NCBI GenBank assembly: GCA_965248125.1 | Contig: OZ252089.1 | Span: 3,142,399 to 3,206,398 of the forward strand | From: Caldilineaceae bacterium | Lineage (GTDB): Bacteria > Chloroflexota > Anaerolineae > Caldilineales > Caldilineaceae | DNA length: 64,000 nucleotides | Direction: 5' to 3' | Shown: one piece after another, positions 40,275 through 50,800 of the stretch | How positions within the stretch are numbered: position 1 is the first letter of the stretch | Layout: every line of letters begins with the position of its first letter | Notes under the pieces: generated by a model | Told to the model about the DNA's origin: nothing | Databases searched by the model: none | What the model saw: the letters and a program-made list of their open reading frames with translations, nothing else | Position numbers and translations under genes: made by a program

Positions 40275-41264
40275 ATGAGTGAATCTGCCCCTACTCTCAC
40301 TTTCACCGAAGCTGCGCGCGCCGGGTTGGCGGAGGAAATGGAGCGGGACCCGTCTATCTTTGTCGTGGGCGAGGGTATTGGACCTCGGGGAGGTAACTTC
40401 AATACCACTTTGGGCCTTTACGAGCGATTTGGGCCACGGCGCGTTCGCGACACCCCAATTACGGAACGGGGCTTCATAGGCATGTGCACAGGGGCAGCGA
40501 TGGTGGGGGCGAGGCCAGTGGTTGACTTCATGTTCCTGGATTTCATCTTGGATGCCTTCGGCGAGCTCATTAATCAGATAGCCAAAATCCAGTACATGAG
40601 CAGCGGCAGAATCGCCATGCCTATGGTCCTGCGCGGCTGCATCGGCATAGGTGGCTCCGCCGCTACCCACCATTCCGGCAATTACTACCCCTTTTTCGCC
40701 CACCAGCCGGGCTTCCGGGTGGTGGTGCCCTCCACGCCACATGATGCCAAGGGCCTCCTCAAAACTGCCATCCGCAGCGATGATCCAGTGCTATTTCTTG
40801 AACATAAGCTCCTGATGGCCACAAAGGGCCCTGTGCCTACCGAGGAATACTTGGAACCCATCGGCAAAGCCAAAGTTAGGACTACGGGAAACGACGCTAC
40901 CGTGGTGACAGTCGGTGCCATGGTCCAAAGGACTTTGGATGCAGTTTCCCCTTTGAGTGAGGATGGACTGAGTATTGAAGTTGTGGATCTAGTGAGTATT
41001 TCACCTTTGGATATTCCCACCATTCTTGAATCTGTGTCCAAGACGGGCCGGCTGTTGATCGTCGATGAAGACTATGAGCCTTGCGGTATAGGGGCGGAGA
41101 TCTGTGCCCGAATTGTGAAAGAAGGTTTTGATTTTCTTGACGCGCCGATAGCTCGTTTGAACGGCGCCCAAGCTCCGATTCCCTACAGCCCAGTCCTTGA
41201 GAAAGCCGTTGTCCCTTCGAAGGAAGATATTACTTCGGCTGTTTTGGAACTCCTAGCCCAATGA
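40275..41264 (+). CDS. 2-oxoacid dehydrogenase E1 beta subunit
   Basis: Motifs VRDTPITERGFIGMCTGAAMVGARPV, HHSGNYYPFFAH and PYSPVLE. Confidence 0.9.
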   Translation: MSESAPTLTFTEAARAGLAEEMERDPSIFVVGEGIGPRGGNFNTTLGLYERFGPRRVRDTPITERGFIGMCTGAAMVGARPVVDFMFLDFILDAFGELINQIAKIQYMSSGRIAMPMVLRGCIGIGGSAATHHSGNYYPFFAHQPGFRVVVPSTPHDAKGLLKTAIRSDDPVLFLEHKLLMATKGPVPTEEYLEPIGKAKVRTTGNDATVVTVGAMVQRTLDAVSPLSEDGLSIEVVDLVSISPLDIPTILESVSKTGRLLIVDEDYEPCGIGAEICARIVKEGFDFLDAPIARLNGAQAPIPYSPVLEKAVVPSKEDITSAVLELLAQ

Positions 41265-41305
41265 ATTTGGGCGTACGGACCTGTCAAATTTGACCCTATG
41301 CAACT

Positions 41306-42634
41306 ATGGCAATAGAAATTGTTATGCCCCGTCTCGGCTGGACTGCCGAAGAAGGGATTTTGAAGGAGTGGCTACTTGCGGATGGCAGTAAGGTGGAAAT
41401 TGGGGATGCGCTTTTTGCGGTGGAAGGCGACAAAGCCGTAGAAGAAATTGCGTCCCTCGATCCAGGAATCCTACGCATTCCGAAGGATGCGCCTGTGCCA
41501 GGTCAGAGCGTCCTAGTAGGTTCACTCTTGGCTTATATCCTGGAAGAGGGCGAAGAAATGCCTGTAGTTCCCGCCCAGGCAGGAACTGCAACAGAGGTGC
41601 CGCGGGCAACAGTCACAGGGGAAACAGCCTCAGGCGCATCAATCCCAGGGCTCCAGGCTAACGGAAAGGAGCGGGTGGCCATAAGCCCCAGGGCCCGTAA
41701 GCTGGCATTGGCCCAGGGCATTGACTGGCAAGGAATACAAGGTAGTGGCCGCACGGGACGCGTTGTCGAACGTGACATCGTCGCCCTGTTGCGCAGGCAA
41801 AAACTCCCTGTTCTTTCGCCTGTGGCCCGCCGGATTGCCGCGGAAGCAGATCTTGAAGTTGAGGCCTTGCAGGAAGCTTTTCCGGGACAACGGATTTCCG
41901 CGGAACAGGTACGCGCCTTCATTTCAGAAAAGAAACAGGACGGTAGCCCACGTCAAGTGTTGGCTTTCACGCCAACCAGGAAGGCAATTGCCAATCACCT
42001 GTCCGCCGGTTTGGCTCAATCCGCGCCAGTTACCCTACACATGGAAATAGATGCCACTGAATTGGTGCGTCTCAGGGACCAATTAAAGGCGGACGCACGT
42101 CAATCCGTACCCAGTTACAACGTGTTATTCCTCAAGGTTTTGGCGCATGCCCTCCAGGACCATACCCACTTGAACGCCTGGGTGGAAGAGGAAGCACTCA
42201 TATTGGTCAATGCCATTAACATCGGTATTGCAGTCCAAACAGATCGCGGGTTGCTGGTCCCAGTCATCCATGAAGTGGACAAGAAGAATCTGAACGAACT
42301 TCAGACAGAGGTGGGGGAACTGGTAAATGAAGCGGCTACAGGCACCATTCACCAAAGCCAACTGCAGGAAGGAACATTCACAATAACCAACCTGGGCAAC
42401 TGGGAGGTGGATGCGTTTACTCCCATTATCAACTCCCCGCAAGTCGGCATTCTAGGCATCGGGCGCATACGGCCCAAACCAATGGTGGTGGATAAAGAAT
42501 CGATCGTGGTGCGCCAAGCACTTACGCTCAGTCTGACTTTTGATCATCGGGCGTTGGATGGAGCCCCTGCCGCTAGCTTCCTACAACGGGTAAAGAAATT
42601 GGCGGAGCAGCCTTATCTTTGGCTGACTTCCTGA
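41306..42634 (+). CDS. Dihydrolipoamide acyltransferase (E2) with a single lipoyl domain
   Basis: Lipoyl-Lys context AVEGDKAVEEI, subunit-binding segment ISPRARKLA, catalytic motif DHRALDG. Confidence 0.9.
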   Translation: MAIEIVMPRLGWTAEEGILKEWLLADGSKVEIGDALFAVEGDKAVEEIASLDPGILRIPKDAPVPGQSVLVGSLLAYILEEGEEMPVVPAQAGTATEVPRATVTGETASGASIPGLQANGKERVAISPRARKLALAQGIDWQGIQGSGRTGRVVERDIVALLRRQKLPVLSPVARRIAAEADLEVEALQEAFPGQRISAEQVRAFISEKKQDGSPRQVLAFTPTRKAIANHLSAGLAQSAPVTLHMEIDATELVRLRDQLKADARQSVPSYNVLFLKVLAHALQDHTHLNAWVEEEALILVNAINIGIAVQTDRGLLVPVIHEVDKKNLNELQTEVGELVNEAATGTIHQSQLQEGTFTITNLGNWEVDAFTPIINSPQVGILGIGRIRPKPMVVDKESIVVRQALTLSLTFDHRALDGAPAASFLQRVKKLAEQPYLWLTS

Positions 42635-42985
42635 AACCCCCCATATGCTGCGGCAGGTTAATGGGTTGGGATATGTCACATGGTCGCATTAATTCTGGAT
42701 TTCCATCGCAGAATTCTCTGCCATTTTGGGGCCGAGCGCCTGTTAGCCTCCCCCCTGAGTCCCTCGGACTACCTCTACAAACTGAGACTATGGATTCGTC
42801 CTAGGCTAAACTAGCCGACTGTGCGTTCTACAAGCGACTGCTGGGTCTTCTGACTACGGCCTCCACAATAGTAAATTTCAGAAACTTGCGTCCTGAAACA
42901 CAGGATCTCTGCCAGCCGATTAAGGTGGGGCCACGGTCACTTTAAACTTCGTGCAAGCCATTGAAAATAAAGAATTGCAACAAAA

Positions 42986-43027
42986 GGCCGCCTCTAAATC
43001 CGAAAGGGGACTCGGACAGAGGCGGCC
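42986..43027 (-). terminator. Intrinsic terminator of the minus-strand SBP operon
   Basis: Stem ggccgcctct / agaggcggcc with an inner tccga..tcgga helix. On the minus strand it is followed by TTTTG. Confidence 0.6.
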
Positions 43028-43048
43028 GTTGGCCTTCACCTGTTCAAA

Positions 43049-44404
43049 CTATTCAAAGTTGGCAATCATGTCATCAATCTTGCTGGTGATACTGTCCACA
43101 ACTTCCTGTACCGGACGTTCTCCCAGTACTGCCTGGGAAATTTCATTGCTGTGAATGACATTTAGCTCTTCCTGGAAAGCAATCGGCGTCCAGGGAGTGG
43201 CGGTATTTGTCATATCCAGAATGTATTTCCAGCCATTACGCGGCAAGATGCCATTCAGGCTGTCGTACCAGGCATCTACATTCGACTTGCGGAATGGCGC
43301 ACCGAAGAAATTCTGGGTCCACCACAGATCCTCGGCGGGGCTGTTGATGAATTTCAGCAGTTCCCAACCTGCATCCACATTGGCCTCTGGGCTGCCGTTG
43401 ATAGAGTGATAATCGTTTCCCACGAAGTTGGAATGGCCAGCTGGGCCCTTTGGCGGTGCCACGAAGTCCCAGTCAATATCCTCCCAGGTTGTGATGTAGT
43501 TGGGAATACTCCAAGTGGAAGAAGTAACTATGGCTTGCTTGCCGCTGGCACCCCAGTTGAAGTCAGCTGTTTCGTCGGGTTTACCAAGGGATCGTTCCTC
43601 ATTGATCATCACCGGCAACATCTCCAACCAATTCACGACCGCCGGATCGTCCAGATTGAAGTGAGTGACTTCCGGATTGAACATCGAGACGCCAAATGAT
43701 GGCATTACAGTTATGAGATTCCAGTAATCTGCACCCTGACTGGCGCCCATAATGACCCGTCGGTCATTCTCGTCAAACTGAGTCAATTGACGCGCCTTTT
43801 CACGCCAGATGTCCCAGGTCCAGTTGCCAGCATCCATATCCACATCGGGAGTGTCTACACCTACATCGGCAAACAACGTTTTGTTGTAAAAGTAGAGGCG
43901 GAGTCCAAATGATTCTCGCGGCAGGGCAATGATGGTGCCTTCAGGGAAATAGCAGCCATCCGTTACCGCGGGCCACATGCCATCCCAGTCAATATCGGGA
44001 TCGCCTTCCACAAGACCATTCATATCCAGCAGAACGCCCTTGTGGGCCATAGACCAGACCGTGCCCCAAGGAACTCCATGTGCATCTGGAGCGGTGCCCC
44101 CGGCGTATCCGGTCAGAATTCTGGCGTGAAACTCTCCATATGGAACGGAGTCACGAATAACTTGGTACTGAGGAAAGGCCGCTTCAAAGCGATCTATCGA
44201 AGTTTCAAACAAAGCGTTTGCCCCTTCTCCGCCAGTCCACCACGCGAATCCAAACTCAATGGGACCCGTTTCGCCTGCATCCTCCATCGCGGGCCCAGTT
44301 GTAGCTGGCACGCAGGCGGCCAGCGCTGTAGCGGCTGCTGTACCGGCAGCCAGGCCGAGGAAATTTCGACGGCTCAGCTTGCCTTGTTCAAACATCCTAG
44401 TCAT
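43049..44404 (-). CDS. Extracellular solute-binding protein (family 1) with a Tat-type signal and lipobox
   Basis: Signal SRRNFLGLAAGTAAATALAAC. 451 aa. Confidence 0.85.
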   Translation of the reverse strand: MTRMFEQGKLSRRNFLGLAAGTAAATALAACVPATTGPAMEDAGETGPIEFGFAWWTGGEGANALFETSIDRFEAAFPQYQVIRDSVPYGEFHARILTGYAGGTAPDAHGVPWGTVWSMAHKGVLLDMNGLVEGDPDIDWDGMWPAVTDGCYFPEGTIIALPRESFGLRLYFYNKTLFADVGVDTPDVDMDAGNWTWDIWREKARQLTQFDENDRRVIMGASQGADYWNLITVMPSFGVSMFNPEVTHFNLDDPAVVNWLEMLPVMINEERSLGKPDETADFNWGASGKQAIVTSSTWSIPNYITTWEDIDWDFVAPPKGPAGHSNFVGNDYHSINGSPEANVDAGWELLKFINSPAEDLWWTQNFFGAPFRKSNVDAWYDSLNGILPRNGWKYILDMTNTATPWTPIAFQEELNVIHSNEISQAVLGERPVQEVVDSITSKIDDMIANFE

Positions 44405-44519
44405 AAATCAACTCCACAATTTCTAAACGGACAAGAAAGGCCGGTTGACCACCAACCGATACAATATATCACTTTATCAAACTTCAAAAACCGTCCGAAC
44501 ACCATCCTGAACCCGAACC

Positions 44520-45314
44520 TTAAGTTTCAGAGACATCCAGAATACCTAACCCTCCTAACACCAATTCGCTGTACTGATTGAACTTTCCGTAAAACTGGCG
44601 GATAACGGGGTCTGGGTGATCACGCCACAATCGTGGAGGCATTAAGGTCACGTTGCTAAGCGGCTCCCGGTCTGGATGGCCATAATAGATCTGAATGGTG
44701 CGACGCACCTTGTCTGTCTCTCGGAGTGTGACCCCGTGCACCGTGGCCGCATTGAAAAGAATGCCAGTGCCCGCCGTACCGTGAAAATCAAATATACCAC
44801 CTCTTTCCAGATGGGCTGCGGGTTCCAGGATTTCGCCGTCGGCTGGGTCAGGACTGATCGAAAAACAATGGGTAGTTGCATCCACATCTGTAAGGTAATA
44901 AATAATCTGCGGATAATCCAAATGCAGTGGATGATCCTCCCAATAGGCGCGGTCCCGATGCCAATCAGTTGAAACTGCGGCAGTTTCGCCCACGCGGTGG
45001 CGCACAGCCAGCTCCTCAAAAGTGATCGGACCCCCCATCAATTTTTCTACCAACCTGATTAGATGGGGAGGACGAATGGCCTCCTCAAAAACAGGCTCGT
45101 TAAGCAGCAAGTTGCAGTTGTAATTGCGAGCTCCTTCCGTGTACCACATAAAAGGGTTTCGCTTCATGTCTCGATCCATGGCATCGTTCATAGCCTGAAC
45201 TTGGGCCTTGGAGAGCAGATCAGGAATGACCACAAAGCTGTGTTCTCTGAAGAACTCTACCTGAGCGTCCAGGTCATGCGGATTCGGCGCCTCGAAAGTT
45301 ACTCGTTCAGCCAT
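44520..45314 (-). CDS. PhyH-family Fe(II)/2-oxoglutarate dioxygenase (paralog A)
   Basis: HxD in STDWHRDRAYW, distal His in ATVHGVTL. Double-stranded beta-helix length of 264 aa. Confidence 0.7.
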   Translation of the reverse strand: MAERVTFEAPNPHDLDAQVEFFREHSFVVIPDLLSKAQVQAMNDAMDRDMKRNPFMWYTEGARNYNCNLLLNEPVFEEAIRPPHLIRLVEKLMGGPITFEELAVRHRVGETAAVSTDWHRDRAYWEDHPLHLDYPQIIYYLTDVDATTHCFSISPDPADGEILEPAAHLERGGIFDFHGTAGTGILFNAATVHGVTLRETDKVRRTIQIYYGHPDREPLSNVTLMPPRLWRDHPDPVIRQFYGKFNQYSELVLGGLGILDVSET

Positions 45315-45410
45315 GAAGAATTCCGTTCCTTCGTATTCAACAGAAAAGGGAAATGCTGGCCCAGACCCTTGCGGGAACTGATCGACCCTGTCGCAAGAGC
45401 TTGAAAATTA

Positions 45411-46121
45411 TTACTTTGTGGGGTCATATTGATGAACGTCACGATCTGGCATCTTAAGTCCAAGCAATTGCAGGCGCGAGGCACTGGCGTTCTCCTTGGC
45501 TTGCCAAGGCAATTCCGTCTCGTGTTCATACCTCTTCATCCACCACCAGCCAAAGTAGAGAAAGATGCCACGGCGCAATCCCTGCGTCCGATTGGCACCA
45601 CCAGAATGCCATATCGAGCCGTTAATGAAAACCGTATCACCGGGATCAGCCAGAACTTCAACCTCGCCCGGCAAAGGTTCAGTATGTCTTTCTTTTGGAG
45701 GATATACCTCCCCTTGGTGGGTGCCGGGTACCACGCAAGTGGGGCCCCGCTCCGGCGTCATGTGGTCCAGATACACAATGGTGTTTACCGACAGAGGACG
45801 GTCTCCAGGGAAAGTAAAGTCGCGGTGCCAGCTGCGTATAGGCCATTGACTTTCCCCGTCTTGTCTTAGTAAGTCATATTGTAGAAGTTGGGTTTGATTG
45901 CCGAAGATAGCCTGCTGACGCTCGAGAATAGCCGGGTGTTCAATCAGATCAATGAAGGACTGATATTTCAGCAATTTGTGTTGATTAACCCTGGGAGCTT
46001 CCAGTTCCCAAACACGGTCGAACTCCTCTCGATAGAATTCCACCTGCTTGTCATCCAATACCCCGGGTACATGGAGATATCCTTGTTCCAGGAAAAAAGC
46101 CTTTTCCGCGGATGTCTTCAT
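45411..46121 (-). CDS. PhyH-family Fe(II)/2-oxoglutarate dioxygenase (paralog B)
   Basis: N-terminus FFLEQGYLHVPGVL, HxD in SWHRDFTF, distal His in GSIWHSGGANRT. Confidence 0.75.
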   Translation of the reverse strand: MKTSAEKAFFLEQGYLHVPGVLDDKQVEFYREEFDRVWELEAPRVNQHKLLKYQSFIDLIEHPAILERQQAIFGNQTQLLQYDLLRQDGESQWPIRSWHRDFTFPGDRPLSVNTIVYLDHMTPERGPTCVVPGTHQGEVYPPKERHTEPLPGEVEVLADPGDTVFINGSIWHSGGANRTQGLRRGIFLYFGWWWMKRYEHETELPWQAKENASASRLQLLGLKMPDRDVHQYDPTK

Positions 46122-46148
46122 CTGGTAATTCCTCTTAAGTACCCGAAA

Positions 46149-47318
46149 TCACAAGACTCGAAATCGAGTCAGCGCGTCGCGATTCAATTCAAAGCCCAAC
46201 CCGGGTCGCTGTGGGAGGGGAATTACACCGTCTACCAGCTCTATCTCGTCAAAGGTCAATTCTTGGCGCAGCGCCGATTCCGAGAGGCTGGCTGGTAGAT
46301 ACTCGATATAGGGACACGTAGGCGTGACTGCCGCGAAGTGAGTACTGGCAGCGATGCCGATCCCAGTTTTCCAACAGTGCGGCACTATGGTTCGGTTTAA
46401 GGTTGAGGCAAGTCTGGCCACGTGCATAGCCGCCGTAAAGCCACCGACGCGACCAATATCTGGTTGCAGCACATCTATCTGTCCGCGATATGCCAAGTCC
46501 TCAAATTCGAAATGAGTATTGGACCATTCTCCAGCGGCAATGGGAATGGGTGAATGTTCATGTAGCCAAGCATGCCCTTCCAAATCGTCGATGTCGATGG
46601 GAGTTTCCAAGAAGAAAATGTCTAAAGGCGCTAATTTCTGAATTACGGAAAGGGCGGTTTCAGCGTCCGGCCAGGCGTACGCAACGTCTACCATCAGAGT
46701 AAAATCGTCACCGACCGCGCGGCGACACCTCTCGACGATGGCCACTCCTTCATCATCGCTTTCCTGTAGACCATTGTGGCTGTACGGCCCGTTGATACAA
46801 ACCTCCAATTTAGCTGCCTGGTACCCAATCTCCTGGGCGCGGGTCAATTTAAAAAGCAGTGAATCACCGTATTCCTGCAACGTTTGGCCATCTGGCAAGA
46901 GGGAGGCATACGGGGTGATAGTCTCCTTGACTGCCCCTCCCAACAGCTGGTGCACGGGGACTCCTTCCGCTTTGCCTTTCAAATCCCACAAGGCCATATC
47001 GATAGCACCCATGGCACAGATAAGCGCCCCTCTGCGCCCGGTCATCTTGGACCCGCTGTAGAGATCACGCCAGATGGATTCAGGTTCCAGCGGGTCGCGG
47101 CCGATCAACATTTCCGACAGACCTTGGCCCATTACATGGGTGCCGGGGGCTAAGATACAGGTTCTGGCGACCCAAGGATTCGTATCTGTCTCCCCCACCC
47201 CGCTTATCCCAGCGTCCGTATGAATCTCTACTACAAGGTTGTCTTGGGCAGAAGAATTCGCGGCCACTTCATAATCGGGAATCATCAAGACATGACAGTC
47301 GATGCCGGTGATCTTCAT
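46149..47318 (-). CDS. Enolase superfamily enzyme (mandelate racemase / muconate lactonizing family, probably an acid-sugar dehydratase)
   Basis: MKITGIDCHVL.., metal-ligand-like contexts MVDVAY, FLETP and AAGEW. First ATG is 47318; the ORF opens at TTG 47336. Confidence 0.85.
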   Translation of the reverse strand: MKITGIDCHVLMIPDYEVAANSSAQDNLVVEIHTDAGISGVGETDTNPWVARTCILAPGTHVMGQGLSEMLIGRDPLEPESIWRDLYSGSKMTGRRGALICAMGAIDMALWDLKGKAEGVPVHQLLGGAVKETITPYASLLPDGQTLQEYGDSLLFKLTRAQEIGYQAAKLEVCINGPYSHNGLQESDDEGVAIVERCRRAVGDDFTLMVDVAYAWPDAETALSVIQKLAPLDIFFLETPIDIDDLEGHAWLHEHSPIPIAAGEWSNTHFEFEDLAYRGQIDVLQPDIGRVGGFTAAMHVARLASTLNRTIVPHCWKTGIGIAASTHFAAVTPTCPYIEYLPASLSESALRQELTFDEIELVDGVIPLPQRPGLGFELNRDALTRFRVL

Positions 47319-47353
47319 CGATTTGGGCCTTTCCAAGCCATGTTGGCTCTAAC

Positions 47354-48241
47354 CTATCCCTTAATGCCCGTAAAAGTAACACCTTGAATGAAATATTTCT
47401 GGGCAAAGAAAAATATACAAATCACCGGTAGCATCGCGACAACTGCACTGGCCATAAGGAAATGCCAGTCTGTCTGGTGTGGCCCCCGGAAAGCCATCAA
47501 CCCTAGCGCCAATGTCCGCTTCCTGGCTGAGGTCAAATAAATGAGTGGCGAGAGAAAGTCATTCCACGTGGCATTGAAAGTGAAAATGCCGCAGGCCGCC
47601 AGCGCTGGCTTAGTCAGGGGCGCCAAAATGCGCCACCAAACACCAAATTCGCTGCAACCGTCGATACGGGCTGCGGAATCCAGTTCGTGCGGAAGGGTCG
47701 CATAGAACTGCCGCATCAAAAAAATGAAGAACGGATAACCGAAGAACGCCGGCACCCACAAAGGTCTGAAGGTATCCAGCCACCCCAAGTCATTAAAGAT
47801 CAGGTAACGTGGAATCATAGTAGCGGCCCCAGGCAACATCATCGTGGCCAGCGTAATCAAAAAGTAAATGTCTCGGCCGCGCCATCGCAGGCGGGCAAAA
47901 GCGTACCCCACCATGCTGGCAGTACCTACTGTGCCTATCAAATCCATCAGCACGATGTACGAAGTGTTGAATATGTACAGCCCGAACGGTGCCTTGGAAA
48001 ACATTTCGGGATAATTGCGCCATTGGTACTCAGTGGGAAAGAGAGTTGGGGGGAAGGCAAACACTTCTTTGGGGTGTTTGACGGAAGTAGTCAACATCCA
48101 CCATAGAGGCACCATAACCAGAACAGCACCGGAAAGCAGCAGAAAGTAGATCACCGCCTTCTCCAAATAGCGAAAGAGGATCGGTCTCCAGTTTCTACTA
48201 CGAACTATTTGAGCAGTATGAATTGTTTGGGACACTCTCAA
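47354..48241 (-). CDS. Carbohydrate ABC transporter permease (MalG-like)
   Basis: EAA loop LDSAARIDGCSEFGVWWRILAP. 6 TM pattern. Confidence 0.85.
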   Translation of the reverse strand: MRVSQTIHTAQIVRSRNWRPILFRYLEKAVIYFLLLSGAVLVMVPLWWMLTTSVKHPKEVFAFPPTLFPTEYQWRNYPEMFSKAPFGLYIFNTSYIVLMDLIGTVGTASMVGYAFARLRWRGRDIYFLITLATMMLPGAATMIPRYLIFNDLGWLDTFRPLWVPAFFGYPFFIFLMRQFYATLPHELDSAARIDGCSEFGVWWRILAPLTKPALAACGIFTFNATWNDFLSPLIYLTSARKRTLALGLMAFRGPHQTDWHFLMASAVVAMLPVICIFFFAQKYFIQGVTFTGIKG

Positions 48242-49197
48242 ACCCGTCCCCTAATTTCTCCCGAGTAAAACACCCACGCTCGCGATGAACGCAAGACCAC
48301 CAGTGTCAAAGCCAATATGTAGATAAACAGGGCCCAAGCCAGCGCGCTGGCGTAGCCCATGTTCAGAAAGCGGAAGGCGTTGCGATAAAGGTGGAGGATG
48401 AAAAACAAGGTGGCATTGTTGGGACCCCCCTGCGTCATCACGTACCCTTGCGTGAATACCTGCAACGCGCCAATGGTACCCATGATTAGCTGGAACAGGA
48501 TTACTGGAGACACCATGGGGAGCGTAATGTGAAAGAAGGAACGGAAGCGCCCGGCCCCGTCTATTTCGGCCGCTTCATACAATTCTGTTGGAACACCTTG
48601 CAGACCTGCCAGATAAATTACGAGACCGGATCCCACTCCCCAGAGACTCATGATGATCAAGGAAGTCAAAGCCCAGTCCTCGCTGGTCAACCAGTTGGGA
48701 CCCTCGATTCCGATCTTGTACAGAAGGAAGTTCAATACTCCCCAATCTGCTGAGAAAACCCAGATCCAGAGGAAGGACACGGCCACACCGGAGAGGACAG
48801 CAGGCAGATAGTACACAGTGCGAAGCCAGGCCAGGCCCCGAATACTGGTGTTAAGGAGAATTGCGAGGAAAAGACCAAGTACGATTTGAAGTGGGACGGA
48901 TACGACAGCATAGATCGTGGTTACGCTTAGAGATTTCCAAAAGAGTGGATCCCCGCGGAGCATCAAGTCAAAATTTTCCAGGCCGACCCAAGTCGAGGGG
49001 GTCAAAATGTCGTAGTCAGTGAACGAAAGGTAGGCAGCAGTTGCAAATGGTCCAAAGTACAGCCACAGCATGCCCAAAAGCCAGGGGGCAGCCATCAGGA
49101 ACCCTATAAATTCCTCCCTTCTGGCCAATTTGCTAAGACCGCGCCTTTTGGATTTTGGATCAGGTATAACGACCGGTTGCGCTGTAGTGGTAGTCAC
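48238..49197 (-). CDS. Carbohydrate ABC transporter permease (MalF-like)
   Basis: EAA loop YEAAEIDGAGRFRSFFHITLP. 4 nt overlap with the downstream permease gene. Confidence 0.85.
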   Translation of the reverse strand: MTTTTAQPVVIPDPKSKRRGLSKLARREEFIGFLMAAPWLLGMLWLYFGPFATAAYLSFTDYDILTPSTWVGLENFDLMLRGDPLFWKSLSVTTIYAVVSVPLQIVLGLFLAILLNTSIRGLAWLRTVYYLPAVLSGVAVSFLWIWVFSADWGVLNFLLYKIGIEGPNWLTSEDWALTSLIIMSLWGVGSGLVIYLAGLQGVPTELYEAAEIDGAGRFRSFFHITLPMVSPVILFQLIMGTIGALQVFTQGYVMTQGGPNNATLFFILHLYRNAFRFLNMGYASALAWALFIYILALTLVVLRSSRAWVFYSGEIRGRV

Positions 49198-49243
49198 TGT
49201 ACTCTTTCAATCAGATAATTTTTTCTGATATTGGCCTGAGGAT

Positions 49244-50035
49244 TCAGACCCATTCTTGACAGCCTTCAAATTGCATGTGTTCTTCGGATACGTATCGAGG
49301 CATTTCCTGGTAGCTGTTGGTACAGTCTTCGTCTTGCCCGCGCAATAGAAAAACTGGCCAATCTCCCTTTGTTACTTTAGTAGTGGTTGGAATGTACTGA
49401 TAGGTACCACCGCGCCGCCACACAGAACTGGTATTGGCATTGGATCCATGGATAATCAGGGGGTGGTGCAGTGACACATCCCCGGGTTCAAGTATGAATT
49501 CCACAGCATCCTGATCAGAAATCAGATTCTGATCCATGCCTCTCAGCATTTCACCTTCAATATCCTGTTCGTCGGGACTACGCGGCTGCAACTCCATGTG
49601 CTGAGTGCCGGGTATCACACGCACACATCCATTTTGGGGGTATGACTGGGTGTATGCAACCCATAGGGTTACCACTTGCATCGGTTCCAAAGGCCAATAA
49701 CTGGCATCCTGGTGCCAAGCGACTTTCTGGCCAGTTCCGGGCGGCTTGGCAATATAATCCGCTGCAAACAGAGCCAGATCAGGCCCAACAATGGCTGCAG
49801 CGATGTCTACGAGGCGGGAGTCACTGACCAAACGCATCCAAAATGGGTCGGTTGGAGTGAGCCAATATCCCAAGCGTTCTGGAGGCAATTCTGGGTGTCT
49901 TTCAATTAGCCAGTCAACATGCCGGTTGGCCTCAACTACAAGCTTGGGATCAAGAACGCCTCTCACGATGGCATAACCATCCTGTGTAAAGCTTTCATTA
50001 AGCCCATTCAGATTCGGGTAAGTGTACTCAGCCAT
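49244..50035 (-). CDS. PhyH-family Fe(II)/2-oxoglutarate dioxygenase (paralog C)
   Basis: Motifs FTQDGYAIVRGVL, HxD in VAWHQDASYW, distal His in IIHGSNAN. GGGAGGA RBS. Confidence 0.8.
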   Translation of the reverse strand: MAEYTYPNLNGLNESFTQDGYAIVRGVLDPKLVVEANRHVDWLIERHPELPPERLGYWLTPTDPFWMRLVSDSRLVDIAAAIVGPDLALFAADYIAKPPGTGQKVAWHQDASYWPLEPMQVVTLWVAYTQSYPQNGCVRVIPGTQHMELQPRSPDEQDIEGEMLRGMDQNLISDQDAVEFILEPGDVSLHHPLIIHGSNANTSSVWRRGGTYQYIPTTTKVTKGDWPVFLLRGQDEDCTNSYQEMPRYVSEEHMQFEGCQEWV

Positions 50036-50800
50036 TCCCGTCCTCCCAGCGAACAGCCACGCCCGCCGCCTTTAAATTTTTTTGAGAGTAAGGGTATTGT
50101 AAGACATTGCCCAAGAATCCTGAGCACTACGGTTGAGTAGGCCCTGCTCTCCCGTGACATTGATTCTCGATTCCCACTCTCTCTCAATACTAGGCAGGCA
50201 ATGTCCTTTTCGATCCATATGGTTCTGGCCTTGACAAAGGTGGTTGAAAGACATGGTTGGCCATCCCACATTACGGTTAGAACCGTAATGCAGTCCCAAA
50301 CCGAATTGCGCCGGAAATCAACTTTTTGTGCTTTTATTCGTGAATGGGACCTTACTGTCTAATTGATTTGCATCCTGTCCGCGCAGTTACCAGTTTACGG
50401 GACGGCTCGCAGTGACTTGGTCCCGGTGAATAGCCCGAAATCCATGTACCAGAAAGATTCATCTATGGCGATCAGGCTTGCCTAAATGAAGTAGGGGCAG
50501 AAAGCCCTTCCATATGGTAAATCCTGAGACGTAAACGCGGTTCCAAGTTGGGCAGTCGGATTTAGACATCGGCCAGTTAAATTGTCTTCCCGTTTTCTGG
50601 GACAGATTTCGATCTGAGGAGCTTTGGCCTACGTGCAGTACGGATCTGCCCTTCTCCGCGTCCCGCATATGTGGACCGTTGGTTAGGGATTGCCTAATGG
50701 ACACAAAGAGGCAGGCGGTACCCCTTCATCTCCATTTTTCTGGGGTGAGCCTATATGCGACCGACCCATTGGGTGCTACAGAAGCTATGGGTTTAGATCA

